DNA of 33,581 nt from a virus (lineage: Duplodnaviria; Caudoviricetes). Shown here piece after piece: positions 8,494-17,758 of the stretch (the first letter of the stretch is position 1; each line of letters starts with the position of its first letter). Location: IMG/VR virus record IMGVR_UViG_3300046368_001116, positions 1 to 33,581 of that record; one strand, 5' to 3'. A program made the position numbers and the translations under genes. The notes below the pieces were generated by a model. It was given only the letters and a program-made list of their open reading frames with translations, had not been told where the DNA came from and made no database searches.

Positions 8494-9232
8494 ACTTGTT
8501 CCTAATTCGCCACAAAGCATTGACTATTTTGAATGTCTCAAAACACTCTTCAAGTTTGCTAGGTTTGTACGAATGAACCCTGAACTTTGCCATTCCATCA
8601 TCGTCAAACTCAGTGGTGCTTATGTAAGCATTAGCACCCCACACTTCATGGTTATTTAGTGCCTGTTGCCCCCACTGGGCACAAGCATAAGCACTAATTT
8701 GCTCAGGTTGTCCTGGATAAGGTGTTGACGGGATTTTCTTGGTACTTTTCCAGTCCAGAATAAAAGGTTGGCCCCCTTTTGTGTAAGCGATAATATCTGC
8801 CGTCCCTGCGTACCCCTCTTTTTGGTTGACCACAACTTTTTCACATTCCTCTAATTTGAACCCTTTTTCGTTAAAGTAATTAACGGCAGGGGTTACAAAT
8901 GGCACCAGGTCAATATTAATTTGCTTGATGGTTTTTTCACCTAGCAACACTGACTCAATTCCATCATGGATCCTGGTCCCTAGATTACTAGCAGAATCAT
9001 CCCCGTAGAGAGCATTCTTGACCCTTCGTTGAAAGTCCTTAATAGGTTCATCCATTTTAGCAGGGTTTTTAAATGCTTCCTCGATCATCCGATTTTGTTT
9101 CCACATTTCAAGCCCTGGGGCAGACTCTATTTTCTGTATCTCAGTTACAGAGAAATAGAGGCCTGCCTTTTTGGCTTTTGCAGGGGTTAGGTCAAAATGG
9201 GGGTTTCCCTCTTTATCATAACAATGAGGCAT
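8477..9232 (-). CDS. PD-(D/E)XK exonuclease (Cas4/RecB-like)
   Basis: GTRIH, E..V, YAGTAD, ILDWKS, QISAY. Confidence 0.85.
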   Translation of the reverse strand: MPHCYDKEGNPHFDLTPAKAKKAGLYFSVTEIQKIESAPGLEMWKQNRMIEEAFKNPAKMDEPIKDFQRRVKNALYGDDSASNLGTRIHDGIESVLLGEKTIKQINIDLVPFVTPAVNYFNEKGFKLEECEKVVVNQKEGYAGTADIIAYTKGGQPFILDWKSTKKIPSTPYPGQPEQISAYACAQWGQQALNNHEVWGANAYISTTEFDDDGMAKFRVHSYKPSKLEECFETFKIVNALWRIRNKYDPRS

Positions 9233-9834
9233 CAGAAGGGATCCTCTTCATCATCGTCCTGACTCTTTTTCGGGGCACTCTTCTTAACCTTTTTCTTAGG
9301 GGCAGGTTCTTCTTCTTCCTCACTTATCCAATCAGGTATAGGTGATCTTCTTTCGCCAGGTACTTCAGCATTAATTGAAGGAACATCGTCCTCAAGTTTT
9401 TTGCTGATCTTAGCAACAGACTGCACGAACCCATATTCTTTATTTAATTTAGAAGTGCGTGTAGCGATAGTGACCATTACTTTCTTGCCAATTTCATCAC
9501 AATAATCGTATTCAGGGTCACCCAAAGGAGGCAATTTACCACGAATAGCAGTGAGTATTTTAACCAGGTTGCTTCTTTCGTCAGCAGACTGAGTCATTTC
9601 CCCTGTCATTGAAAGGCAGGTATCACCTTCGTCATTATTGTATGCGAATAAGAACCTGGTAACATCCCGTTCAAGCATTTCGCCAGGATTATTAAAGTCT
9701 TTAACAAGCACTTCATCGTTATCAAGTATATCCAGGAGAATACCAGGATATGTTCCTTCTTCTGCAGGTTGACCAGATAGGTCCCAAGATCTGTTAGATC
9801 CTCCTGTTTTTGGTTTTATTTTGAACTTTGCCAT
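9232..9834 (-). CDS. putative ssDNA-binding protein
   Basis: next to the exonuclease; acidic tail DDDEEDPF. Confidence 0.6.
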   Translation of the reverse strand: MAKFKIKPKTGGSNRSWDLSGQPAEEGTYPGILLDILDNDEVLVKDFNNPGEMLERDVTRFLFAYNNDEGDTCLSMTGEMTQSADERSNLVKILTAIRGKLPPLGDPEYDYCDEIGKKVMVTIATRTSKLNKEYGFVQSVAKISKKLEDDVPSINAEVPGERRSPIPDWISEEEEEPAPKKKVKKSAPKKSQDDDEEDPF

Positions 9835-9836
9835 AA

Positions 9837-9986
9837 TTATTTCAGGTTTTGTTTTAGTATTTTTATTACGAATTTGGTCATGCTTATGCCCTCAGCATTA
9901 GCTTGGACCATTAGATTTTTTTTAAGTTCCATAGGTAGGCACACACTAAGTTGTGCCCCTGGAGTGCGAGGATTTGATTTTTCCAT
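9837..9986 (-). CDS. small ribbon-helix-helix protein (49 aa, not in the ORF track)
   Basis: MEKSNPRTPGAQLSVCLPMELKKNLMVQANAEGISMTKFVIKILKQNLK; TAATG-coupled. Confidence 0.7.
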   Translation of the reverse strand: MEKSNPRTPGAQLSVCLPMELKKNLMVQANAEGISMTKFVIKILKQNLK

Positions 9987-10429
9987 TATTTATTAAAAAA
10001 CCAGTGTGCGATTAAAATTGCATCGGCAGTTTTAAGGTTAACCTTTAATTTTGGATACAACCTTAGTGCGTGTTCTTTCAGGATCCTTTTCCGTTGAGGC
10101 CCTGTACTCTTTTGCAACCTGGGTAATCCCTTTTGCCATACCTTTGGGCTAACCAAGTGGCAGGCTATCCCCAGGCCCATTGCCAGGCCTTCAAATTGAC
10201 CACAATTCTTTCCTAGTTTAAAACCTGCTGATGATGGAATATTCTTGCCCACAAATGGGGGAACATCCTCCAGGACCATTTGGACAGGTTCCGTATCATT
10301 TAATAGGTATGGACGAATTTCATCGAGAAAGTCGGCCATTGTAGTGAAGTTTTCTGCCACACATACATTGTGTTCTGAGCATATTGCATATCCACCACTC
10401 ATGCCAGGATCCACTGCAATGGTAATCAT
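9986..10429 (-). CDS. RuvC-like Holliday junction resolvase
   Basis: IAVDPGMSGG, VLEDV, VSPKVWQK, ADAILIA; start MITIAV at 10429. Confidence 0.85.
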   Translation of the reverse strand: MITIAVDPGMSGGYAICSEHNVCVAENFTTMADFLDEIRPYLLNDTEPVQMVLEDVPPFVGKNIPSSAGFKLGKNCGQFEGLAMGLGIACHLVSPKVWQKGLPRLQKSTGPQRKRILKEHALRLYPKLKVNLKTADAILIAHWFFNK

Positions 10430-10542
10430 AGTGAAGAACCTCCACCAAATATTGCCAGGGCAAATGCAAATACGATGTAAGCCCAAACTATTATGGACAG
10501 GCCAAAACCAATGTAGATTAAAACATTCTCCTCTTTAAACAT
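10426..10542 (-). CDS. small single-TM protein (38 aa, not in the ORF track)
   Basis: MFKEENVLIYIGFGLSIIVWAYIVFAFALAIFGGGSSL; ATGA-coupled to the resolvase. Confidence 0.6.
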   Translation of the reverse strand: MFKEENVLIYIGFGLSIIVWAYIVFAFALAIFGGGSSL

Positions 10543-10717
10543 TTTCATTTTCCACTAGGAGTTTGTCTATCTGCCTTTTAACCAATGAGGATAAGGATCT
10601 ATCCTGGTCAAATGCCATTTGTTGTAGTTTTCGTTTATATCCTTTGGGCAAATGCACGGATATAAATTCCTTTTTGAGTTTTACTTTTGGGCTAACTTTA
10701 GGAGTACCAATCTTCAT
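10535..10717 (-). CDS. ribbon-helix-helix (Arc/CopG-like) regulator
   Basis: FISVHLPKGYKRKLQQMAFDQDRSLSSLVKRQI. Confidence 0.8.
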   Translation of the reverse strand: MKIGTPKVSPKVKLKKEFISVHLPKGYKRKLQQMAFDQDRSLSSLVKRQIDKLLVENENV

Positions 10718-10765
10718 AGTTTTTGTTTTTTGTTAATGTGGGTGAGATTCCTATTAAGATGAAAT

Positions 10766-10828
10766 AATATTCTCATTTCAACACAAATATTCTCATTTAT
10801 GTCAGGTTCATAACATTGATGAATAGTT
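10766..10828. promoter_or_regulatory. putative operators
   Basis: AATATTCTCATTT at 10766 and 10786, followed by an IR TTCATAAC...GTTATGAA. Confidence 0.5.
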
Positions 10829-10962
10829 ATGAATATTTATTAATTATGAAAACAGGGTTGACATACACCTCTGTTTTTCAGTATGACGCACCTAATGAAC
10901 AGGCTAATACATATTAAGAAAATAATTCTTGACAGGTTAGCTTGTTAATAACCCTACAAATT

Positions 10963-11220
10963 ATGACCAGTGACGATAAAAGAATATCTGTCGTGTTAAC
11001 AAACGATCAGTTCATCAGAATTAATAAATTAAGAGAAGAAATGGATGTAGATTTGTCTAAAATCATCCGATGGTGCATTGATTCCTGTTTAAATATGGGT
11101 GACACATTACCTGACCTTCACGAAGCAATTGGCCCTGAGTTTTCAGGGAAGCTTAGGCAAATAACTTCACCCCGTACTAATTTTCTCCTTGACACAATTG
11201 CAGAACAGGTAGACTCTTGA
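10963..11220 (+). CDS. RHH/CopG-like regulator, candidate repressor
   Basis: KRISVVLTNDQFIRINKLREEMDVDLSKIIRWCI; lone + strand gene divergent from the left arm. Confidence 0.7.
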   Translation: MTSDDKRISVVLTNDQFIRINKLREEMDVDLSKIIRWCIDSCLNMGDTLPDLHEAIGPEFSGKLRQITSPRTNFLLDTIAEQVDS

Positions 11221-11225
11221 TAAAA

Positions 11226-11263
11226 TACTCTCTGCTAGGGCACCAAGCCCGTAGCAGAGAGTA
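11226..11263. terminator. hairpin between convergent genes
   Basis: TACTCTCTGCTAGGGC-ACCAA-GCCC(G)TAGCAGAGAGTA. Confidence 0.7.
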
Positions 11264-11307
11264 ATACATTGTTAACAGGGAACTTAGGTTGCATATTAGC
11301 AGGTAAG

Positions 11308-11823
11308 TTAAGAATCAGGGGTAACATCGATTACAGGTGTTACCTTCATTGCATCTAATTCCTTTTGCACTTCATCCAGGGATACAACCTTCTTATGCTC
11401 AACAATACTGGTTGCCTGGCCTAAGTCTGACTTTTCCTTATCTCTCAGGATGCCAAATGCTATTGGTAACACCCCTGCAGGTATTTGATCAGATTCTAAT
11501 TTCTCTATTATCTTCATCAGGCAGGCTTGACTAGCATAACTAGTCAGGCCCATTGTCAGGGATTGCACCTTATCAATGGTTTTAGTTTCCCTCTTTGCAA
11601 TAGCAGTGATGGTTTCAGGGGCACACTTGTTATCCTTGGCTATCCTGGTTAATGCTTTGCCTTCACTAAGTTCCTGGACAACCTTGGCATACCTTTCAGG
11701 ATCCTTCTCTGCCAGGGTATTGCCTGTAAATAATGAAGGGCACACTTCTTCAGGTGTTGTCAGAGCAGGCAGGTTATCAGGTATTATCGCTTTTCTTTTC
11801 TTCTTTGTTGGCATGGTCATCAT
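11308..11823 (-). CDS. putative terminase small subunit
   Basis: HTH-like LSEGKALTRIAKDNKCAPETITAI, helical middle, C-terminal VIDVTP. Confidence 0.5.
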   Translation of the reverse strand: MMTMPTKKKRKAIIPDNLPALTTPEEVCPSLFTGNTLAEKDPERYAKVVQELSEGKALTRIAKDNKCAPETITAIAKRETKTIDKVQSLTMGLTSYASQACLMKIIEKLESDQIPAGVLPIAFGILRDKEKSDLGQATSIVEHKKVVSLDEVQKELDAMKVTPVIDVTPDS

Positions 11824-12094
11824 GGGTTATTGTGTGAACATAGATGGGCTTAACATCAAGGGGCATACAATCCTGGATATTGAAGTAAAAATGTTCCCAG
11901 GCATCTTCCCTGGTTAAGTCTGGATCTAGGGCAATTATGTCGATCATTTTGTTCAGGTCATAGATGACTCTTTCAAGAAGATCATCTATGCCTATTATAC
12001 ATGAATTATATTCAGGTGTTAATACATGGAGTCCAGGATGCTCCAGGATCATATCAGGTAACTCAGTGTTAGTTGGTTTCAATGGTGCTATCAT
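11777..12094 (-). CDS. conserved-type phage hypothetical protein
   Basis: CIIG..RVIYD..KMI..EDAWEHFYFNI..PIYV pattern. Confidence 0.65.
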   Translation of the reverse strand: MIAPLKPTNTELPDMILEHPGLHVLTPEYNSCIIGIDDLLERVIYDLNKMIDIIALDPDLTREDAWEHFYFNIQDCMPLDVKPIYVHTITHDDHANKEEKKSDNT

Positions 12095-12278
12095 TTTGTA
12101 TTTCCTCCAGGGGTTTTCTTTCTGCTTTAATTATTAGTGGTAGTTCACCCCCTAAAAATTTATCTGTCAGGTGGACCAGGGCATTGCTTGTTGCTTCCGT
12201 AACATTGGCACCAGGCACGACTATTTGTTCCAGGGTAATCACCCAGGCATCAGGGGTTTGGTTGGTTGGGTTGGTCAT
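12069..12278 (-). CDS. hypothetical protein
   Basis: 69 aa with AAAAACTATGA leader. Confidence 0.6.
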   Translation of the reverse strand: MTNPTNQTPDAWVITLEQIVVPGANVTEATSNALVHLTDKFLGGELPLIIKAERKPLEEIQNDSTIETN

Positions 12279-12614
12279 AGTTTTTATTGGTGCAAGTATA
12301 TTGAAAAGATTTTCAATCGTCTAGGGACCCAGGTAAAAAACAGACCCCCCCTGGCATTAAATGGTTATAGTATCCATTGGGTTGAGTTGCTATCTTACTA
12401 AGGAATAGCAACTTAGGTAAGGTCCTGGATAATGTCTGTCAGGTATTGTCAGGAAGGGGGGGGAGGGGGTGTTGATTTTGAACGACTTGCGTTCCTTCGA
12501 CCGATTATCTCAAATGAAAAAATTTTGACAATTAGCCAGGGGGTAAAGTCAAGGTGTGATTAATTAATATCGATAATCCACACCTGGCCAACCCTATGCG
12601 TTTTGTAAAAACCC

Positions 12615-12623
12615 TGTTACAAT
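12615..12623 (+). promoter_or_regulatory. extended -10 (TGnTACAAT), possibly leaderless terL mRNA
   Basis: lies 7 nt upstream of ATG 12631. Confidence 0.35.
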
Positions 12624-12630
12624 ATGCTAC

Positions 12631-14292
12631 ATGGCACTTGATTGGTCCCCACATCCAATATTAAAAATTCCAACCCAGGAGGAGCAGATCCAAATGGGTG
12701 CTGAAAAGTTGATAGAATATTGGGAGAGGAGAGAGGGTGCTATTGAGCGAGAACGGGAAGACCCTTTTCGATATGGTACAGAATTACCACACTGGAAAAA
12801 GGTGGATAAAATCCTGGAAGAAAAGGCAGAATTGTTACTGCTTGGTGGTAATCGTTCATCGAAAACCGAGGCAATTGCGAAGAGGGTAGTTAACTCCCTG
12901 GTAGCAAACCCTGGCAGTGTTATATGGTGCTTTACTGCTACCAGTCAAAATAGCATAGCGAATCAGCAGGCAGTGGTGCATAAGTACCTACCTGCTGAAT
13001 TTAAGAACCTGGGCAGAAGTAGGGTTCATTATGTCTCCTATTCGCAGAAGAACGGGTATACTTCCAGTAGTTTCATTTTACCCAACCGAAGCACCTGCGT
13101 ATTCCGTAACTGGTCCCAAAACATTGAGACTATTGAGGGGGGTGAAGTGGGTTGTAAGGACCAGGTAAAACCTGGAACACATAATATTGGGGTATGGTTT
13201 GACGAAGAGGTGCCCCAAAATTTCTTAAATACTGCTAGGTATAGGTGTTTATCCAGGGCCGATCCTAAAACAGGGATCCCTGCCAGGGTGATCAGTACAT
13301 TTACAACCATTTCAGGATGGACCAATGTGGTTGCTAGTTTTCTATCAGGAGCAGTTACCCTGGAAGACAAGGAAGCAGAATTATTACCTGGAGAACGGGT
13401 CCCGATTGTACAACAACCTGTACGCAAAAACGCACAGATATTATATTTCCATACGGCAGACAACCCTTACGGGGGTTGGCCTGCCATGAAAATGCAGTTG
13501 GAAGGGGCCAGACGGGATGAAGTTTTGACCAGGGCTTATGGATTACCGACTAAACCCAGTAACACCACTTTCGTTAACCTGGACGACAGGGTAGTCAAGA
13601 AGCACGAAGATATACCCTGCATAAAGGATAAAAAGAATAACCCCTGCCAGTATATACTGAGCATTGACCCTGCAGGCAGTAAATCCTGGTTTATGATCCT
13701 GGTTGCAGTTGATGTGTTTGGAGTACACTGGGTTTTAAAGGAGTGGCCTGGTGTAGATGTTGGAGAATGGGCAGATCTTGACAGGGGTGAGAAGGGTGTT
13801 CCAGGAGATGCTTCTAAACCAAATGGCAACGGAATCGGGGATTATGCCAAGATCATCAGAGATATGCTCAAGGGCATATCTGATGATGAAATACTGGGTT
13901 GCACTGATGATGTGGAAATAATTATTGACCCCAGGATGGGATCTGCAACCTATGCTAAAAGCGAGGGGACCAGTAACATAATTAGTGACTTACAGGACCA
14001 TAATATAAATGTTTACCCTGCTGAAGGGTTACCTATTGAAGATGGATTGCAGGCAATCAATTCGCTTTTATCTTATGACAAAAGCAAACCAATTGACCTG
14101 GTAAACAAACCCAGGTTGTTCTTTTCCGACCAGGTTGGAAACACCCTATTCTGTTGTATGAACTACAAGATTGATGATGGTTTGAAGGGGGTCTGCAAAG
14201 ATCCACCTGATTGCCTGAGATATGTTGCCATAGGAAATTATTCTTACCTGGAAGACTCAGAATTACGAATAACCGAATCGGGAGGATACTAA
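12631..14292 (+). CDS. terL: terminase large subunit
   Basis: GGNRSSKT Walker A, WFDEE Walker B, TFT coupling motif, SIDP nuclease motif, KDPPDCLRY. Confidence 0.93.
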   Translation: MALDWSPHPILKIPTQEEQIQMGAEKLIEYWERREGAIEREREDPFRYGTELPHWKKVDKILEEKAELLLLGGNRSSKTEAIAKRVVNSLVANPGSVIWCFTATSQNSIANQQAVVHKYLPAEFKNLGRSRVHYVSYSQKNGYTSSSFILPNRSTCVFRNWSQNIETIEGGEVGCKDQVKPGTHNIGVWFDEEVPQNFLNTARYRCLSRADPKTGIPARVISTFTTISGWTNVVASFLSGAVTLEDKEAELLPGERVPIVQQPVRKNAQILYFHTADNPYGGWPAMKMQLEGARRDEVLTRAYGLPTKPSNTTFVNLDDRVVKKHEDIPCIKDKKNNPCQYILSIDPAGSKSWFMILVAVDVFGVHWVLKEWPGVDVGEWADLDRGEKGVPGDASKPNGNGIGDYAKIIRDMLKGISDDEILGCTDDVEIIIDPRMGSATYAKSEGTSNIISDLQDHNINVYPAEGLPIEDGLQAINSLLSYDKSKPIDLVNKPRLFFSDQVGNTLFCCMNYKIDDGLKGVCKDPPDCLRYVAIGNYSYLEDSELRITESGGY

Positions 14293-14804
14293 TGCATAAA
14301 ATAATTATTGAACCCAACGAGATTGAACACCTGCTTATTATTTCAACCCTCCGTGCTTCGCATAACAGGTCAGTAAAAAGGCCTAGCATGACCATAGCAA
14401 AAAGTTTGCAGGGGTGCATTGGAGAATTGGCTTTTGCTAAGTTTTTTAATTTCTTCCCTGACTTTACCTGGGAAACCAGGACACACACTGGGACCAGTTC
14501 AAAATGGTATGATTTTCGATTAAACAACGGGAAGACTTTCGATGTAAAAACCAGTGACAAAGAAACCTTTGCCATTAACCAACAGGCAACCACTTTGAAG
14601 AACCAACCTGACTATTATGCCTTTGTGCAAACTGCTCAGGTTGACCTGGCAAAACAGATAAAAGAACAGGAGGCAATTATTCATGGTTACACTACCTTGA
14701 AACATCTCCAGTCCAAGGGGTTTGTCTCTCATTCAGGAGTGACCCCTTTTTACCTGGTAAAAAAGTCAAACATAAAACCACTAACAAAAAAGCAATATGG
14801 TTAA
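14292..14804 (+). CDS. PD-(D/E)XK-like endonuclease
   Basis: GCIGELAFAK...YD...FDVKT; TAATG-coupled to terL. Confidence 0.6.
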   Translation: MHKIIIEPNEIEHLLIISTLRASHNRSVKRPSMTIAKSLQGCIGELAFAKFFNFFPDFTWETRTHTGTSSKWYDFRLNNGKTFDVKTSDKETFAINQQATTLKNQPDYYAFVQTAQVDLAKQIKEQEAIIHGYTTLKHLQSKGFVSHSGVTPFYLVKKSNIKPLTKKQYG

Positions 14805-15099
14805 GGTAACAAAAGAAGAACTTGAATCCCTTCGTAATGAAGGGATGACATATAAGAAGATAAGCGAGAAGTTTGAAATTTCAGTTTCGACCATAAAGAG
14901 AAAACTGAAAAGTCCTTCAAACCACTACCCCCGTTACCAAAGTGCTAAGGTGACCAGGTTACTGGTCAATGCCAGGTTAATTCAGGTTGAGTATGATGGT
15001 ATAACAACAATTGCCGTAAAGAAACCTGGTTACTTATATAAATTGAGACAGGAAGTTACCCTGGAATTAGTTGATGAAAAAACCTGCAGAGTCCTATGA
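14797..15099 (+). CDS. HTH DNA-binding protein
   Basis: EGMTYKKISEKFEISVSTIKR. Confidence 0.75.
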   Translation: MVKVTKEELESLRNEGMTYKKISEKFEISVSTIKRKLKSPSNHYPRYQSAKVTRLLVNARLIQVEYDGITTIAVKKPGYLYKLRQEVTLELVDEKTCRVL

Positions 15100-15328
15100 G
15101 TCAAGCCAGGGCCGTGCTGACAGGATTGACACACTGCTTAGATACATGGTTGTGCGTGAAGCATCCCTAACTAAACCAGGAGAAGACTATGCCCCCAAAA
15201 CATTAAAACAGATAGCAGAGTTTTGTGGAACTGACATAATGGTTATCTATAGAGCAGAACAATCTGCATTAAGAAAGTTCCAGTCTAAAATCAAAGATTT
15301 TGATTTATACTTAGGATTGGATGGATGA
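15074..15328 (+). CDS. second sigma region-4-like HTH protein
   Basis: TLKQIAEFCG......RAEQSALRKF. Confidence 0.65.
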   Translation: MKKPAESYESSQGRADRIDTLLRYMVVREASLTKPGEDYAPKTLKQIAEFCGTDIMVIYRAEQSALRKFQSKIKDFDLYLGLDG

Positions 15329-17399
15329 ACCAAATGAACAAATTTATTCTGACGAACCCGATATACCTCACCTCCAGGATGACCTGGAAAGATGCAGGGT
15401 AAACCTTTCCTTCTATAAGGACAAAAGCGATACTGCCAGGGATACACGATTTGGTGCCTGGGCAGGCAGAAACTACAAGACCAATCGCAAGGAGGGTCAG
15501 GATGCTTTTCCCTGGCAAGGTGCTTCAGACCAGGCAGTTGGCTTAATCGATCAAATTGTTGGTTCCGATGTAGCAATGTTAAAACGGGCCGTATCAGGTG
15601 GAAACTTAAAGGCAGTTCCAACTGAACCCACTGATATTAGGGTTTCTTCCCTGGTATCAAAATTCCTTAAATGGACCCTTTCAGAGATGGAAGAATTTAA
15701 CAGGGAATGCTCGATACTTGCGAATAATGTTCTCATGTACGGAAATGGTATTTTAGGCACTTATTGGACCAGGAAGGTTGATAGGTTTTACGAGGCAATT
15801 ACCCTGGAGGAAATTGCCGAGCAGGCCCCTGAATTAGCAGAGTCCATAATGGCAAAAGACGAGTCTGCCAGGGAATTACTTTCCCAGGCATTTCCAAATT
15901 TAAAAAAGAAACGGGTTAACAAAATCATTAAGGACCTGGCAACGACAGGGCAGGCCGAAATTCCTAAAGAAAGAATGGTAGTAAATCGACCCTCCGTAAA
16001 AAGTTACGAAATTGGCAGGGACATAATTTTTGATTCAAATGTTTTATCTGACATTCAAAATGCCAGGGCAATATATTGTATTCACCATCACTCACCTGAG
16101 TCATTAAAAGAAATGATTTTCACTCAAGGTTTTGACCCTGAGTTTGTTGACGAGTTAATCGAAAAGAGCAATCAAAACGCTCCTTCCAGTGACTACACTG
16201 ATTTTCCATCCAGGAACCATGATGACCTTGAACACTTTGAGGGATTGATAAAGTTGGTATCAGTTTACAGGAGGGAACTAGATGAGGACGGGGTGCCATT
16301 AATTAGTCACACGATTTTTTCTGAAGATTCGGACAATTATGCAAAGCACGAATTATCATCTTACTCCCAGGGTAAATATCCTTTTACAAGTTTCTGCAGA
16401 GAAGCGATAAACCATCGGATCCTGGATTCCAGGGGATTATGTGAGATTTTACAACCTTACGAGCAGGCCATTAAGGTTGAGATTGATTCACGAATTGACC
16501 GAGCATCACTTTCTACAATTCCACCAATAACTTATTTGGTTGGAAGAAAACCTGAACGGATTGGACCTGGTAGTTTTGTTCCAGTCAGAAGACCAGGTGA
16601 AATTTCCTTTATGGATATTCCTCCTCAATCCCCTGCTTCAAGTGAAGTGGAAAATGAGTTGCGAATGATTGCCAACAAAATTGCAGGCAGACCAACCAGT
16701 GCTGAAGACCAGGTTGAAGCAAACTTGATTCGTCAAGAAATGGTATCTATGTGGTTATCTAACTGGAGGCCAGTGCTTAAACAGATTTGGCATTTGCAAC
16801 GCACCTACGGAGGTGCAGAGCAATGGACCAGGGCAATGGGAAATGAACAGGACCTGGAAGTTGCGTTTGAAGAAACCAGTGAAAAATTTGATTTTGAATT
16901 AACCTTTAATGCTGACTCGTTGGACCAGGAAAAAGTTCTTGATAAACTAAAAGCACTGGGTGAAGTATTCGCTCAGTACGACAGGCAAGGGCAAGCTAAC
17001 TTTGGGGAATTAATGAAGTTATTTGCTGAAGCAATTGACCCGAATTTGGCAGACCGATTGATTATGCCCCAACAGGCATCGAGCGATAAGGAAATTGAAG
17101 AGACTAGTTCTGATTTAGCTAAAATCGCATCAGGCCAGGTTGTTAATGCTCCTGAAAATGCAAACACAGATTTGCGTAAACAAGTTGTCCAGGGATACCT
17201 TGAAGGAACGGAAGAAATTCCAGGTCAGGACATTCAAGAACGATTGCAGTCTGATGAAGGGTTCAAGGCCAGGTTAGAAAATTATATTAAGCAAATTGAC
17301 CACCAGGCCCAACAACGAAAAAACGCTCTGACGGGCAAGCTAGGGGCACCTCCAGGTAATGTTCCTGGAACATCTCAGGCACCACAACAAAATGGATAG
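15321..17399 (+). CDS. portal protein (P22/SU10-like)
   Basis: 692 aa between terL and scaffold; YGNGI, YPF, SRGLCE..Q pattern. Confidence 0.85.
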   Translation: MDEPNEQIYSDEPDIPHLQDDLERCRVNLSFYKDKSDTARDTRFGAWAGRNYKTNRKEGQDAFPWQGASDQAVGLIDQIVGSDVAMLKRAVSGGNLKAVPTEPTDIRVSSLVSKFLKWTLSEMEEFNRECSILANNVLMYGNGILGTYWTRKVDRFYEAITLEEIAEQAPELAESIMAKDESARELLSQAFPNLKKKRVNKIIKDLATTGQAEIPKERMVVNRPSVKSYEIGRDIIFDSNVLSDIQNARAIYCIHHHSPESLKEMIFTQGFDPEFVDELIEKSNQNAPSSDYTDFPSRNHDDLEHFEGLIKLVSVYRRELDEDGVPLISHTIFSEDSDNYAKHELSSYSQGKYPFTSFCREAINHRILDSRGLCEILQPYEQAIKVEIDSRIDRASLSTIPPITYLVGRKPERIGPGSFVPVRRPGEISFMDIPPQSPASSEVENELRMIANKIAGRPTSAEDQVEANLIRQEMVSMWLSNWRPVLKQIWHLQRTYGGAEQWTRAMGNEQDLEVAFEETSEKFDFELTFNADSLDQEKVLDKLKALGEVFAQYDRQGQANFGELMKLFAEAIDPNLADRLIMPQQASSDKEIEETSSDLAKIASGQVVNAPENANTDLRKQVVQGYLEGTEEIPGQDIQERLQSDEGFKARLENYIKQIDHQAQQRKNALTGKLGAPPGNVPGTSQAPQQNG

Positions 17400-17610
17400 T
17401 TTAGAAGAAGCAGTTTTAGGCCTGGAAGATAGGCCTGAGTTTGAATTTTTAATGGACCACTTGAAACAATATCGTGAGGGTTATATCTCAGATCTAAGCC
17501 AAACTGCCAGTGTAGAAAATCCACAAGTTTTGGCCCATATTGCAGGTTGTGTTTCTGTCCTGGATACTTTCTTACGGGAAGTTAACGATGCCAGGGCCAA
17601 CAGATCCTGA
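17392..17610 (+). CDS. small post-portal protein
   Basis: start MDSLEE overlapping the portal end. Confidence 0.65.
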   Translation: MDSLEEAVLGLEDRPEFEFLMDHLKQYREGYISDLSQTASVENPQVLAHIAGCVSVLDTFLREVNDARANRS

Positions 17611-17758
17611 AGGGCAAATAGTATCTTCAGTGATTGTGCTTTGCAATCGCTATGCTGAAGAGAGTGACTTGTCAGAAGAGGAAATTGTTCAATCAGTTGT
17701 AAAAGGATTAAACGAATGGTTGGGAGATGATGTGATCGAATTTTCTGCCGATACTTAG
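17588..17758 (+). CDS. small acidic hypothetical protein
   Basis: start MPGPTD. Confidence 0.55.
   Translation: MPGPTDPEGQIVSSVIVLCNRYAEESDLSEEEIVQSVVKGLNEWLGDDVIEFSADT

Noticed and set aside
8477-9232. Cas4 of a CRISPR system
   Set aside because: No four-Cys Fe-S cluster pattern; sits in a recombination operon beside SSB-like and RuvC-like genes
14211-14291. Upstream start for the nuclease ORF
   Set aside because: It overlaps terL; the TAATG-coupled ATG at 14292 is more plausible
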